From Paraspadella gotoi (Eukaryota > Animalia > Chaetognatha): a DNA stretch of 64,000 nt. Both the position numbers and the translations under genes were made by a program. Under the pieces are notes generated by a model, which was given only the letters and a program-made list of their open reading frames with translations, did no database searches and was not told the DNA's origin. Positions 49,058 through 61,828 of this stretch are shown here, piece after piece (positions within the stretch are counted from its first letter, which is position 1; each line of letters begins with the position of its first letter). The stretch is taken from positions 9,425,530 to 9,489,529 of the forward strand of contig CM119270.1 of the NCBI GenBank assembly GCA_051294375.1, written 5' to 3'.

Positions 49058-51932
49058 NNNNNNNNNNNNNNNNNNNNNNNNNGTTCTGATACCTGCAAAG
49101 TTTCTTTGTGCCAAATTTAAATGGAGAAAACGAATATCAGCCCCCCAAAAAAATGCAAAAGTTTTTGCTAAAAACAAATTAGAAAAACAAACAGCGAACG
49201 GAAAAACAAACAACAACCTCTTTTAGATTCCCGCCCGCCGCGCCTCCCCTGAATGCTCTTGAATGGATTTTCCACAACGCCAGTTTTTGCGGGCGTACGT
49301 ACCATCTTACGGTTTTAAAAAAATAAGAGGATTTTTGGAAAAAAAAATGAGCTGTTATTGCAGCCAGCATACTTAAATTAATCAAAATCGAAACGTTTAT
49401 TAATAGCCTTATTACTGAATTTTTTGTTGTGGTTTGTTAAATAAGGTTAAAAATTATTATTAAGAAGACTTCAAATTAGAAAATTATTAGTTTTTTAAAG
49501 CCAAATCGTCCTGACAAAATTACTTTAGACAAGTTCTAATAAAAGATTGTATGAAGAAAAGTATGATTTGGTTATTAAATAGAACTCTCTAAGGGAATTT
49601 TAAATATTTAATCCTTAAGCCAAGATATTTGTCTTTAAAGGTTTTCCAAATGATACAAAAAGAAGCAAGCGAAATTGGATAAATATTTTCCACTTCAATT
49701 GATAGGAAGCCAGGTACTTCTGGGAGTGATAAACGGGGACTGTGGAAAAGTTTTTGATTGAAAGCTTGCCAGGGACCCTTGCATGTAATTATCTTGTAAG
49801 AGTGATGGGAGGCCCTTAAAACTACCAAAAGCCTGTCCAAAGTAGGGGCAGTAGCTTATTTATTAAATGAATGGGATAATTTTATATTGGTTGTACCAAA
49901 TTTCATAAAATTCAGCTCCTTGTATTTTGATGCTAGTGCCGGAGTACAATAAGTAATTTCCCCATCTAATACTTAAGGGAGTGGTCTTTTCATACAATTG
50001 AAACATTCTTTGAAAATATTTTCCAACTTCATTGATAGGAGAAAGCCAGGTACCTGGGAGTGAATAAACCGGGACCTGTGAGAGAGTCTTGTTTGAAAGC
50101 TTGCAAGGGACCTGCTATGAAAATTATCTTTTGTAAGAAGTGAATGGAGGCCTAACCTACCAAAAAGCCTGTCAGTCAGGGGCCAATGATAGCATTATTA
50201 TATTAAAGTGGGAATGGAAATTTTTAATATTGGTTGGTAACCAATTTCATAGAAATTCAAGCTCCTTGTATTTTGGATGCTTAGTGCGGAGTACAATAAA
50301 GTATTCCCCGATCTAAACTTAAGGGAGTGATCTTTTCATAACAATTGAACAACATTCTTTGAAAATATTTTCCAACTCATTGAAGGGAAAGGCCAGGTAG
50401 CTCTGGAGTGAAATAAACGGGACTGTGAGAAGAGTCTTGAAATTTGAAAGCTTGCAGGGACCTGCTATGTAATTATCTGTAAGAGTGATGGAGGCCTTAA
50501 ACTACCAAAGCCTGTCAAGAAATCAGGGGCAAGATAGCTTATTTAAATTAAATGAATGATAATTTTTTATATTGGTTTGTAGCATTTACGAAAAGGCGCC
50601 TTGGCCTTTGTGGCTAGCAAGCCTCTCACTGCAACCCTAACCCCTAAACCTCTTCTCACAACCCAAAACTTAGTCTAGGCCTTCTTATTCATTGCAAAGA
50701 CTCAAAATCTTAATATCCCTAGTACAAGCCTTTCTAAGCTCGCTTAATAACAAGATTAAGTATTAGTGATATGCAATTTGGACAAGGCATAAAGAAAAGG
50801 AGAGGAAGCTTGGGTTAGGGTTAAGGGAAAGTACTTGGGAAGGAATTAAGAATTAAAAAACTGTAGGCCTTATTGATTGGCCGGGAAGCAGGGATTGCCT
50901 GAGTTGAGGCTCAAGAGGTGAACGGCTCAGGCTTGATGTGAAGGGTTGGTGAGAGGCGCTTCTGGAGTGATGCAGGGCTAGGGTTTCTGGCCAAGATATA
51001 AAAAACAGAGGCCTAGGTTAGGGTTAGGCTAAGGAAGTGGCTCCTCTGCCAGATTTCACTCAGCCAGGAAAACTGGTGAAGGGTTTGGATCAGGGACCGG
51101 GCAGTTTAAGGGTTAAGGTTGAGCAGGAAGTACACGATCTTGGTTAAGGTTAGGAGAAAGGCTGCTCGGGTAAGACAAAAAGCCCACGTTAGGGTTTGGG
51201 CTAGGTTAAGATATCCCAAGCCGAGGGAAACTGATTAAGATTAAAGGTTTTTGTTTAGGGGCCCCGGTTTAGGGTAAAGGTTGAGTCGAGAGGCCCTTGC
51301 TAAGCTGCTTTTTTTGGCATCCACTTGGTAATCTTTTCTAAAAAAACCCAATTATCTTGGTTTAAAGATTAAAGATATTAAAAAACCCTTAGAACAGTTC
51401 TATTTGTTTTAAACCAGTTTAGTAAAAAAATTTTTATTAAATATTAGTAAAGTAGTTTTGGGTCAGGGCCAATTTGGCTAAATAGAATTATGAAGTTTAA
51501 CTTGACGCCGTTTTGTTAATAATATTTTTATAACCTATTTATAAACTAAAAATAAACAAAATTAATATTAAGGGTTATTGGTAACTTTTATTTTGATTAA
51601 TTTAAAGTATGCAGGCTGAATAACAGCTTATTTATTTCCAAAAAATCCTGAATTTTTTAAAACCGGAAGTGGTCAACGCAAAAACTAGCGTGGAAAATCC
51701 ATAATGAAGCATCCAGGGAAAATTTTTTATTGTGATATTCGTTTTCTCCCTAAATTTGGCAGCAAGAAAACTTTGGCAGAGTATGGTAGGAATGTATGAT
51801 ATTTCTTGGGACCTCTATTATTGGTTGTACAATTTCATACTAACAAAGCTAACAAATAGAAAGAAACGGAGAGATAGAGAGAGAAGAAAAGAGAGAGAGC
51901 GAGAAAGAGAGAAGAGAGAGAGATAGAGAGAT

Positions 51933-51989
<57 letters not shown>

Positions 51990-52146
51990 AGAGAGATGGA
52001 TCAAAATACGTTCTTTTCTCTCCATCTTGGATAGCGTGAATCTAGTAGAAATCGTAAATGCATAGAAGTTGGCAATCAAGGAGAGGTTTTGGGCCGGAAA
52101 AACAGTCGCAGGGACAAAAGAGAGATGAGAGAGAGAGAGAAGAGAG

Positions 52147-52180
<34 letters not shown>

Positions 52181-55100
52181 AGGGAGAGAGGAGAGAAGAA
52201 GAGAGGAGAGATGAGAGGAGAGAGATTTATGGATTGGTGTTCCAAAGTATTTGTCCACTGTACCCTAAAGACCATCGGGTGAGTTCTTCTTGGAAACGCA
52301 GCGACGCTTGACGAAGCGGACTTACTTTCTCTCCGATTCCTATTTTTCTCCCGCTTTACTTTTTCTATGAACTCTTTGTCTTATCTTTTTCTTTTCCTTT
52401 TTTCCTTTTTTTCTTTTTTTTCTCCTTTTTTTTTTTTTAGCCTCCCTTTTTGTCTCCTTCATCCCTGATCTCCACCCTCGAAAACTTTCCCTTCATATAA
52501 TTTTTTTTAATGCTGCTGTCGAAATCCTGCCTCTTCAATCTTCTTCCTCATTCCATTCTTCCCCTCCTCCTCTTCTGCCGCTGCTCCATTTTACTCTTTC
52601 TCGGCACTCTTCTCCTATTGCCTCATCTCCATACTTCCGCCTACTTAGACTGTATTCTCCTCCTCCATCCTCGACCGTCCCTCCTGCCCATTTTCGGTGC
52701 TTCTCCATCCTCCCTCGTCCCAATTATCGGCCCTTCGGTCGAAGTTTTCGCGTTTTTACGAAACTTCATTGGCGAAACAAACGTTACATAGCGAGGGTCA
52801 TCTCTCTCTCTCCTCTCTCTCTCTCTCTCTGCTCCGCCGTTCTCGGCGCTGTCTCGATCTCTCTCTCTCTTCTCTCTCTCTTCTCGTCTCTTCTCCTTCA
52901 GTTGCGCTCACCGGGCGCGCTGATTTTCGTACGCGTCCCCTGCCGATCTCCAAGCTTGCATCCGGTTACGGCCCCTCGAGACGCGCCTACTCCTCGCGGG
53001 CGTCCCCGGACGCCGCGTCCCATGTTCATACTGCCCGAGGTCCGGGTGCCGCACTCTGCGGCGTTGGACCAGACCGAGGTCGTCGCCTCCTGCTCGGACC
53101 GGCTGCCTGTCCCTCCTGCGGCGCAGTCGTCCTCTCCCCCGCAATCTCTCTCACTCCTCTCTCTCTCTGATAAGGGCCCAGTCAAATGGGCAGAGGAGAA
53201 GCGCCAACTAGACAAATTGCAAGGCATGAACTTTTATCGTTCGAAGCAATAGTTGAAACCTTTATATCTTACCTCTATATTTGACAAAATCAGTGTCGTG
53301 ATATGTTTCTATTATCATGATGGAGTTTATATTGGTTTTTTGCTAAAAATATACAGTCATTTAACGATGTACAATCAAAATCCAAATATATTTTGGTAAA
53401 CAAATTTACCAGAATTTCTATATCCTGTTTGAATCCTTTGCGAAAACAGATTCGTCTTGTGGATCTGAAGGAGAGGAGGTCAGTCGGCTTCAGAGATGTT
53501 CTGATACAAGGACGGCAGTCACCGACTCCAAGGAGTGGCTAATTTGCAAGGAGCGGTGAAGGGTCAAGAGAGCTAGGAAAATTAGTGAGGGTTAGAGAAA
53601 TTAGAGGATAATTAAAGTTCTCTCTCTCGTCTCCTCTCTCTCCATTCTCCTCTCTCTCCTTCTTTGTGAGTACCTACGTATCAGCCCGAGCTCTCTCCGT
53701 TCTGCCGATCCTCTCTCCCCATGCTGCGCTGCTGCAACTATCTCTGCCACCCAGCCTCTCTCTCGTCTCTCCACTCGTCTCTCTCTCTCTCTCTCTGGTC
53801 TCCCTATGTCAGTGAGCATGGCCATATGCGAAGTGGCTATTTAAGATGGGACGATATACGCATCAGCAGCAGGACGGAGTCCCGCCGATATTTTTCGATC
53901 AGTGCAGAGAAGGGGCGGGGGGTGGGAGGGCCGAAGGGATTTGAGGGGGCCGAAAGTGAGGTTGATAAGAGAGAGAGAGAGAGAGAAGAGAGAGTGCACA
54001 GAATGAAAGGTCTTGACATAGAAAAGTTGAGTTTTTTTGGTTCCGATTTCGATCCGAGTCTAACGGGATGGGTCACCGAAAGTTGGAGATCGCGATTCTA
54101 AACATTAAACCGGAGATCAAAAAGAGAGGAGAGAAGGAGAGAAGAAAATAGGGAGGAGTGAAGAGGAAAGAGAAGGAGAGAAGAAAGAGTACACGAGGAG
54201 GAAGAGAGAAAGGAAGGGATAAGAAGGTAGGGACGGATGTCTCGACCGAAGCGATCCTGGAGAAGCGGGGATGAGGGGTGGTCGGGGAGGGACGGTGGCG
54301 AGGAGTCGAATCGAGACATTAGGTGGGACCGGCGCAATGGGAGGAAGTTGTAGTTGGAGAGATGTTAAGCTGAAGAGAGAAGGATGAGAGAGAGAGGAGA
54401 GAGAAGAGAGAGAGTAGAAGAGAGAGAGAGAAGAGAGAGAGGAGAGAGAGCAGAAGAGAGAGAACTGAAAACCATGGGTCGGTATGAAAGACGAGTTGGT
54501 CGCAGGCACAGTAGACGGGAGTGAAACCGGGACGATTGTACGGCATGGGGTAACGGAGACCGCGAATCATGAGGCCTTTTTGCTTTTGCAAACGAGCGTT
54601 GGTTCCATAGGACACCGCAGATGATTATATAACGCTCCCAACAGGGGAAAAAAGCCGCCTGCCGTTCTTCGTTCCTTCGGTGTTCCTGCTCGTGTCGTGT
54701 CCGTTCGTTCGTTCGTGTTCGTTGATTCAGTTTCGTTCGTTATCGTGGAGTTCGTTCGTATCGTTCGTTCGTTCGTCTCGTGCTCATCTTAGTTATGTTC
54801 GTTCGTTCGTTAGCATCGTTCGTGTGGACGTATCGCGTAGCTCATTGTTTTCTCATTGCCGTTCGTTGGCTCGTTAATTTTATTTTCCTTTCGAACGTAT
54901 CAATAAATTTAAAAAAAATTAAATACGAAATATCAATTTCTCCGTCCTTTGATTCTTCCCCCCCAGTTTCATTCTCCGGTCGTTCGATCTTTCGCCTCCG
55001 CCAAGAGGAGCATCACTCGCTGTCCACTGCCAGAAAAAGAGAACGCCAGACGCGATGACCTGTGTTGCAGTCGCGAAACTGACAGTATGTCGATAAAGTC

Positions 55101-56873
55101 CAACGGAAACAACGGAATTCACACTCCGCAAATCCACATGAAGAGGACGCCGACGATGACGGACGACGACACGCCGACGCCGACGGACGGACGACGAAGA
55201 CGACGACCCGACTCGAAAACGGATGTAAACCTCGAGGTCGCTAAATGGCATCTTTTTTTCTTAGTCCCGACGTCGGTCATCGGGTCGATCGTCGTTCGTC
55301 GTCGTCGTCGTCGTCGTCCGTTCGAAATCGAGGCAGGGTGAACTCGAGCCGGGTTTTCGGGGCAGAAAGGTCACCGACGACGAACTAATGACGAATTTGG
55401 ATGATGACGAACGACGGAAGTAAGAAGACGACCTTGAACGAATGATAACGACGAACGACATGACATTGATGATTGGTATAGTTATGAGTATTGAGAAGAA
55501 AGATTGTTCGGAAATAGTTCCTAGTTGTTTTTAAGTAGTGATTAGAGAAATTGCAAAGTTTTTCTTTGCATACGAATTTGATTGTAAAATTGAACAGACC
55601 ATATTCCATAGTTCTGAGAAAAAAACAGAGCAAATTTTAAATATTTATGACGTTCATACCGAACCACAAATATTTGACGAAGAAGACGATTGGGATACAA
55701 CGACGTCCGCGAGGAAGAACACGACGATGACGACAAACAACAGACGTTGCCGGGACGACGATACGAACGAACGAACGACGACGAGACGACGACGACGACG
55801 ACCGACCGACGACGACGACGACGTTGACTAATGAAGTTCAGCCAATCTTTCGTTGGTTCGAACCAGAACCATAACGGAGCTCTAGCGACCCGGAGAGGGC
55901 GGAAGGTGGAGAGGGTGAGGATGGGGATTTAAAAAGGGATGGGGATTAGAAGGGGATGGGGAACAGGGATTACATAATAAGGAATAAGAAATGAGACCTA
56001 TTGATAAAAAAGGGGAAATAAAAATGAGTTATGAAAATAGAGAAAAACTGAGGTGTTTTAGAGTGATGTATACGGAGCCGCTAAAAAAAGAGGAAAAGGC
56101 CTTTTGGTCGCGTTGGAAGTTTAACTGAATCGAAGGATTGAAAAAGGGAGGAAAGCGGAGGTAGGAGGAAAAGGAGGAAAGAAAGAAAAGAAAAGGGTGG
56201 AAGGGGAGAAAAAAAGAAGAAAGAGAGGGAGGACCATTAAGGTTGTTTATATAAGCGGCGAGAGGAAGAGGTGACACGGGGGCCGATCTTTGTGAATGAA
56301 CGTTGGGTGAATGTGAGAGCGAGCGAGCGAGCGAGAGGAGAGAGAGAGGAGAGAGTGAGAGAGAGAGACGTGATTAAAGGCGGACGTTTTTTGAGTTTTG
56401 AATTGCTTCGCCAACGACGAAACGATAAATCGGTTGCTTTGAGGGTTGGCCATAGGGAGTAAGCAAGGTGGTGGATGAGATTATCGGAGTGGGAGTTTAA
56501 AGTGGTTCGGGTGGTGGTTTTATAGGAAAGGTATTTAAGAATGGTAAGGGTACCACTGTAGGCCTGTGGTTTTGATAAGTTTCTTTTTAGTGTTAGTAAA
56601 TTATTCGATATTCTATTGCAGATTTAGAAGGATTACAATATCGATTCAACGAATTAGAAAATATCGAAATTCGCCATCGTGACTTCGGTCATCTCGTTAA
56701 ATTACGCCTTGACCGAGAAACAAGAACAGGTCAACGAAGACAATTGATTTAAAAAATTTTTTAATGAAAAATGCTTGAGGTATATAAATAATTAAACTTA
56801 GCTGTTTCTTTTAAAGTCTGTTGCACAGTTATTACTTTGCACTAAGTTATCACTCTGTTATTATCTTGCTTTC

Positions 56874-56958
<85 letters not shown>

Positions 56959-57770
56959 GTCTTCTCTCTCTCTCTCTCTCTCTCGCTCGGCGCCCCATCT
57001 CTTGTTATTATCGAGATTTCCGATATCGACTTCAGCCCTAATCCGAATTTCGTTGAACGAGTGAAACCTCAAAACTTTCGACGCCCCTCGTCGTCGTCGT
57101 CGTCGTCGTCGTCCTTTCTTCGTTATTACGATTATCGTTCGTAACAAAGTTCGTAATGTCCGTTCGTTGCGCGAACGCGAACCGTAGATAACGAACTTTT
57201 TTCAGTCTGGGGCGATAATTCGATGCACGAAGCAGGAGAAAAAAATAAAAAAAAAAAAAAAGAAAAAGAAAAATCAACAAATAAAAATAAATGGTTCGTG
57301 GTAAAAACTGGATTGACAGGGAAGCTCATTTCGCTCACTCCCACTAAAAAAAATCGAGCAAAGTTTTTACCAGGATTGGATTCCTGAAATGGGTAGAGGG
57401 GGCATGAGGGGGAGAGGGGAGGAGAGGAAGAGGAGGTGGGGGAAGAGTAGGAGGAGGAGGAGCGAGGAGGAGAGGCTGGTGAACTTTCCATTTTCAAGGG
57501 CGATTTTGAAAAAACTATTTTTTTTTTCAATCAATAATTTAAATCATTTTCATACAACTTTGATTAAATTTAAACAAGAATTTTAGATCGAAAAAGAAAA
57601 CTAACAATTTTTAATTTTTCGTTGAAGGTGGTCCATTTTGAAATCAGGTCTCCTCCCTTGTCCCTCTATTGTTTTCCTCATTCCTATCCTCCGACAGGAA
57701 AGCCCGCTTTCCTCTCGGCGATCCTCAACCACTCCAAACACACTACTACAGCCCTTCTCTAGCCTATCCA
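44877..57770. repeat. ~13-kb inverted duplication (arms ~44877-49600 and ~51300-57770)
   Basis: tggataggctagag (44877) pairs with ctctagcctatcca (57770). Reverse-complement colinearity is continuous inward, e.g. 45430-45660 vs 57000-57235 and 49260-49390 vs 51590-51700. Left-arm N gaps correspond to filled sequence in the right arm. Confidence 0.9.
49660..50580. repeat. ~345-bp tandem repeat, ~2.7 indel-rich copies
   Basis: aaatattttcca...gaaagcttgcagggacctgctatg...atattggtt occurs three times. Confidence 0.75.
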
Positions 57771-58345
57771 TCTTTCAAAAATGCATGGTATTTCTGGGAG
57801 CTCTAACCAATAAATAAAAATTATCCATTCATTTAATAAATAAGCAATCTAGTCCCTGACTTTGGACAGGCTTTGGTGGTTTAAGGCTTTCATCGCACTT
57901 ACAAGATAATAACATAGCAGGTCCCTGAATATGAAAAGTGTTGGGTGTAATTATAATTTTTCTTTAAAAAATATATGTTATTATCCTAATTCTTCGTTGT
58001 AAATATTTTTAAATTAGGACCCAATTTTTTTTAAATTGGGACCCAATTTTAGCCTCAGAATCTAAATAAATATATAGACACCAAATCCATAGGATCTTTG
58101 ATAAAATTGCAAAATGTACGAAAATGATAACTTAAAAGACTTTTTTATAGTTAAAATGAATATGGATTACTCAGAAAAAAAGTTGAGGGTTAAAACCTAA
58201 AAAAGGGAAAAAGAAGAAAGAAGCGAAAAGAATTAAAACGTGCTTAACGTTGAATTCGGATATATAAAGAATCGAGAATGGAGGAACCGGTTCGGAAGAA
58301 GATAGAGACAGAGACATTGAAATTCGACTGAGGATGGAAGAGGAA

Positions 58346-58403
<58 letters not shown>

Positions 58404-58640
58404 GGGGGCTTAAGAGTATTCCCGGGAGAGAGAAGGATAAAAGCAGAGCAGAAACACGCCGAGGTAAAGGAGGAGAAAAGGAGGTTTAGGGAGGAAAAAG
58501 AAAGGATGAACAGATTAGAGAGGAGAGAGAGAGAGAGAGAGGAAAATGCGCTTAAGTGATTTTAGGAAGAGATTAGAGAAGCTGGTGCTGAATAACAAAG
58601 ATGTTTTCAACTTCAATTTGAAAAAGTTCATTTTGTCACC

Positions 58641-58867
58641 TCTGTAGACAGTGGAGGACCTCCCTCTTTAAATCTGTAGACAGTGGAGGACCTCCCTCTT
58701 TAAATCTGTAGACAGTGGAGGACCTCCCTCTTTAAATCTGTAGACAGTGGAGGACCTCCCTCTTTAAATCTGTAGACAGTGGAGGACCTCCCTCTTTAAA
58801 TCTGTAGACAGTGGAGGACCTCCCTCTTTAAATCTGTAGACAGTGGAGGACCTCCCTCTTTAAATCT
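58641..58867. repeat. Perfect 32-bp tandem repeat x7 (tctgtagacagtggaggacctccctctttaaa)
   Basis: Seven identical head-to-tail units with no spacers. Confidence 0.95.
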
Positions 58868-60661
58868 TAAGAAAGAAAGAACGAAAGAAAGAAAGAAAGA
58901 GAGAAAGAAAAAAGAAAGGAAGAAAGGACGGAAGATATAGAAAAAGAAAAAAAGAAACAGAGACACAAAGAAACAAAAAACAAAGAAGAAAACAGATAAA
59001 GAAAGAGAGAAAGAAAAGAAGAGAATAACAAAAAAAAATGAATGAAGATTATAAAGAAAGCAAGATAAAAAAAGAACTGGTGCTTGGAAAGAAAAATATA
59101 AAAGAGAACCGAAAAAAAAGGCAAAGAAAGAAGGAAATAACTGGGATTGAAATCATATATCACAGCGAGAAACAGAGAAATTGCGTCTTTGATCGGAACG
59201 AGAGAGAGAGAGAGGAGATGCGGGGGACGAGAGGAGGAGCGAGAGGAGAGAGTCGCGGCGGGGGAGGAGCGGCGGGGGGCGGGGAGAGGGCGCAGACGAG
59301 GGAGCGGGAGAGAGAGACGGGGAGAGAGAGGCGAGACAGGAGAGAGAGAGGAGAAGGGAAGGGAGAGAGAGAGAGACGAGGAGAAGAATGACGATCGTAG
59401 AGAGAGAGAGAGAGTGAGAGAGAGGTAAAAAGAACCCCAAGCGAGAAGAATAGATGTAAGGCGCAACCTTGAAGAAAAGCATCTGAAAGGAGAGAAATTT
59501 AACAGTGGATCGAGAAAAATGGAGGAAGTACTGAAGAGGTTTTAAAAAAATGAAAGGAGGAAATAGGAGGTTATAAAAAAGGAAAAGAGGATGGAGGAGA
59601 TTTAAAGAAAAGAAAAGAGAATTTTAAGGAAAATAAAGAGTAAAGAGGAAGTTTTGAAAAAAAGAGAGGAGAAAGAGGAAGTTTTAAAAATAAAAGGAAA
59701 GAAGGAAAGTGGAGGATTTAGAAAAAAGAAAAAAGAAGGAAGGTGAAAAAAAAATTAAAAAAAGAAATGAGGAAAGGCTTCTAAAAAATCAAAAGGACAC
59801 AAAAATAAATGTATAGAAAGAGTTAGAAATAGAAAGAAATTATGAAGGCAAAATTAAAATCGGTGAATACATTCAACTGTGGCGGGGAAAATGTATAAAG
59901 CTGTTGAGAATAAAAAAGAATTTAAATGAGCTTAGGCAAAAGTGGTACATTATGCAGAAACAATATATATAGAAAAACATTTTTTCAGCGATATTCATTT
60001 ATATATAGAAGAAAAAGAAAAAGAAAAAGTCGTTTCATTTTCAAATCGATCGCTTTCCCGACATCTTTCTGCTCTCTCGTCCCGGTAATGTCGGATTAAA
60101 TCATATCAAAGCCAATTGGAGAAAAGTTTTACCTCGCAGCCGATCGGTAAAAAAATTGTAGTTGTTTTCATTTTCATTCAAACATTCAGTCGTCTACTTT
60201 TTTGACGTGTGAAATGCGATATTACAAAAGTTACAATAGTAAGAATAATCGTTCCATAATTAGTAGCAGCTTTATTCCGTAAAACGAAAAGAGAAAAAAA
60301 TATTACAAGAAATCAGTTTGCTACTGATTTCATTCAGTTTTTTTTTCTTTTAGAACGACGATGTTTCATTAAATCGGTATACGTATGTCTTGAACTCAAC
60401 ATGAATATTATCATTTCATTTAAATCTCATTAAATTGTCATATACTTTGTGATAATATTATCATGATAACTTCTGAAAAATCCCCGACGTTAGCGTTTGT
60501 ACAGACGAAGTAGTCACACCTCAGGAAATTTTCAAATATTACTGCCCTTGATCAATAATGAATTAACAAGAGTAACGTCTATTCACATCTTCAAGTTTTC
60601 TTTTAACTTCTCAAGTTTCACAAAAGATTTTCGTGAGTCTTACTTTCTCTCACCTGATCAT

Positions 60662-61008
60662 TAAGGCGTAGTAAAATTTCTGAATTTAACTTAAGCTGAA
60701 AATTAACTTTTTATATATTAAATATAGTTTTTTTAAATTTTTAACCCACTTAATGAAAGAATTTTTAAAAATAATTTATATTTTCTTTTATCAACTTTTG
60801 ACGAGGAATTCAAATCTGCAATCAAAATTAAGAAAAACCTATTTTGAAATTTTTCGATTTTATAAGGATAGTACTATATATAAATATAGCCTACTGCGAA
60901 AATTAAAAAACAAAAAATTAATTTTTTTTTACAAATTAATGTTTACTGATGGTATGTTGTTCATAATTGACCTTTAGAATTTCCATACGTAACTTTCACT
61001 ACGCCTTA
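60662..61008. mobile_element. Internally deleted hAT MITE (TAAGGCGTAGT TIR), 347 bp
   Basis: TAAGGCGTAGTAAAA...TTTCACTACGCCTTA with a perfect 8-bp TSD CTGATCAT (60654-60661 / 61009-61016). Confidence 0.92.
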
Positions 61009-61675
61009 CTGATCATTGCTCACTGCCCCGCCCCGCCCTCTCTTTTTTCACATTTACTTCCTCTCTTCTCAAAAAATTACGAACGACAAAAAGTAAAAAT
61101 TAATATATAAATTAATATATAAATTGGATGTCAATTTTTTGGTCCACGTGTTCAATGTTCATTGACTTTTTTCGACCTTCTCGCGAGTTCGAAATCCAAT
61201 CGTTGTTAAATTGGACGCACCCAATAACCCGATTTCCTTGCGGACGTCATTGCTATCGTCATCATCATCAATCATCATTATCATCATCGTCACCGTCGTC
61301 ATTATCATCATTTTCATCATCATCATCTTAGTTATAATCATCATCATGCTTATCATCATCATCATCATCATCATCATCATTCTCCTAATCATTATCTTCA
61401 TCGTTAGTTTCACAATGATCTTCATCATCATCTGCAAAATTTTTTTTCATCATCATCATCATTATCGTCGTCGTCAATGTTACTTATTTTGTTCACCACG
61501 GTTAACCAATAACCATGGTTGATAACCACTATATCTGTTGCAGGTTTTAACCTGCATTTTGTTATTCCTTAGATAAAGAGGGATCAAACTCTATGAGATT
61601 TTCAAAGAGTAGAATATCAAAAGTGAATTTAAAAAAAGCAGGTACGGATTCGGTAACAACCAACACCTTCATCAC

Positions 61676-61711
<36 letters not shown>

Positions 61712-61796
61712 TCTCTCCTCATCTCTCTCTCTGCGTTTCAGTGTCTCCTGGGCTTTCTCAGAATGCATTACCAACCCCCTCTCACGCTGCCCGCAT

Positions 61797-61828
<32 letters not shown>

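Noticed and set aside
58641-58867. CRISPR-like 32-bp repeats with a palindrome
   Set aside because: Units are contiguous with no spacers, there are no cas genes, and the context is eukaryotic.
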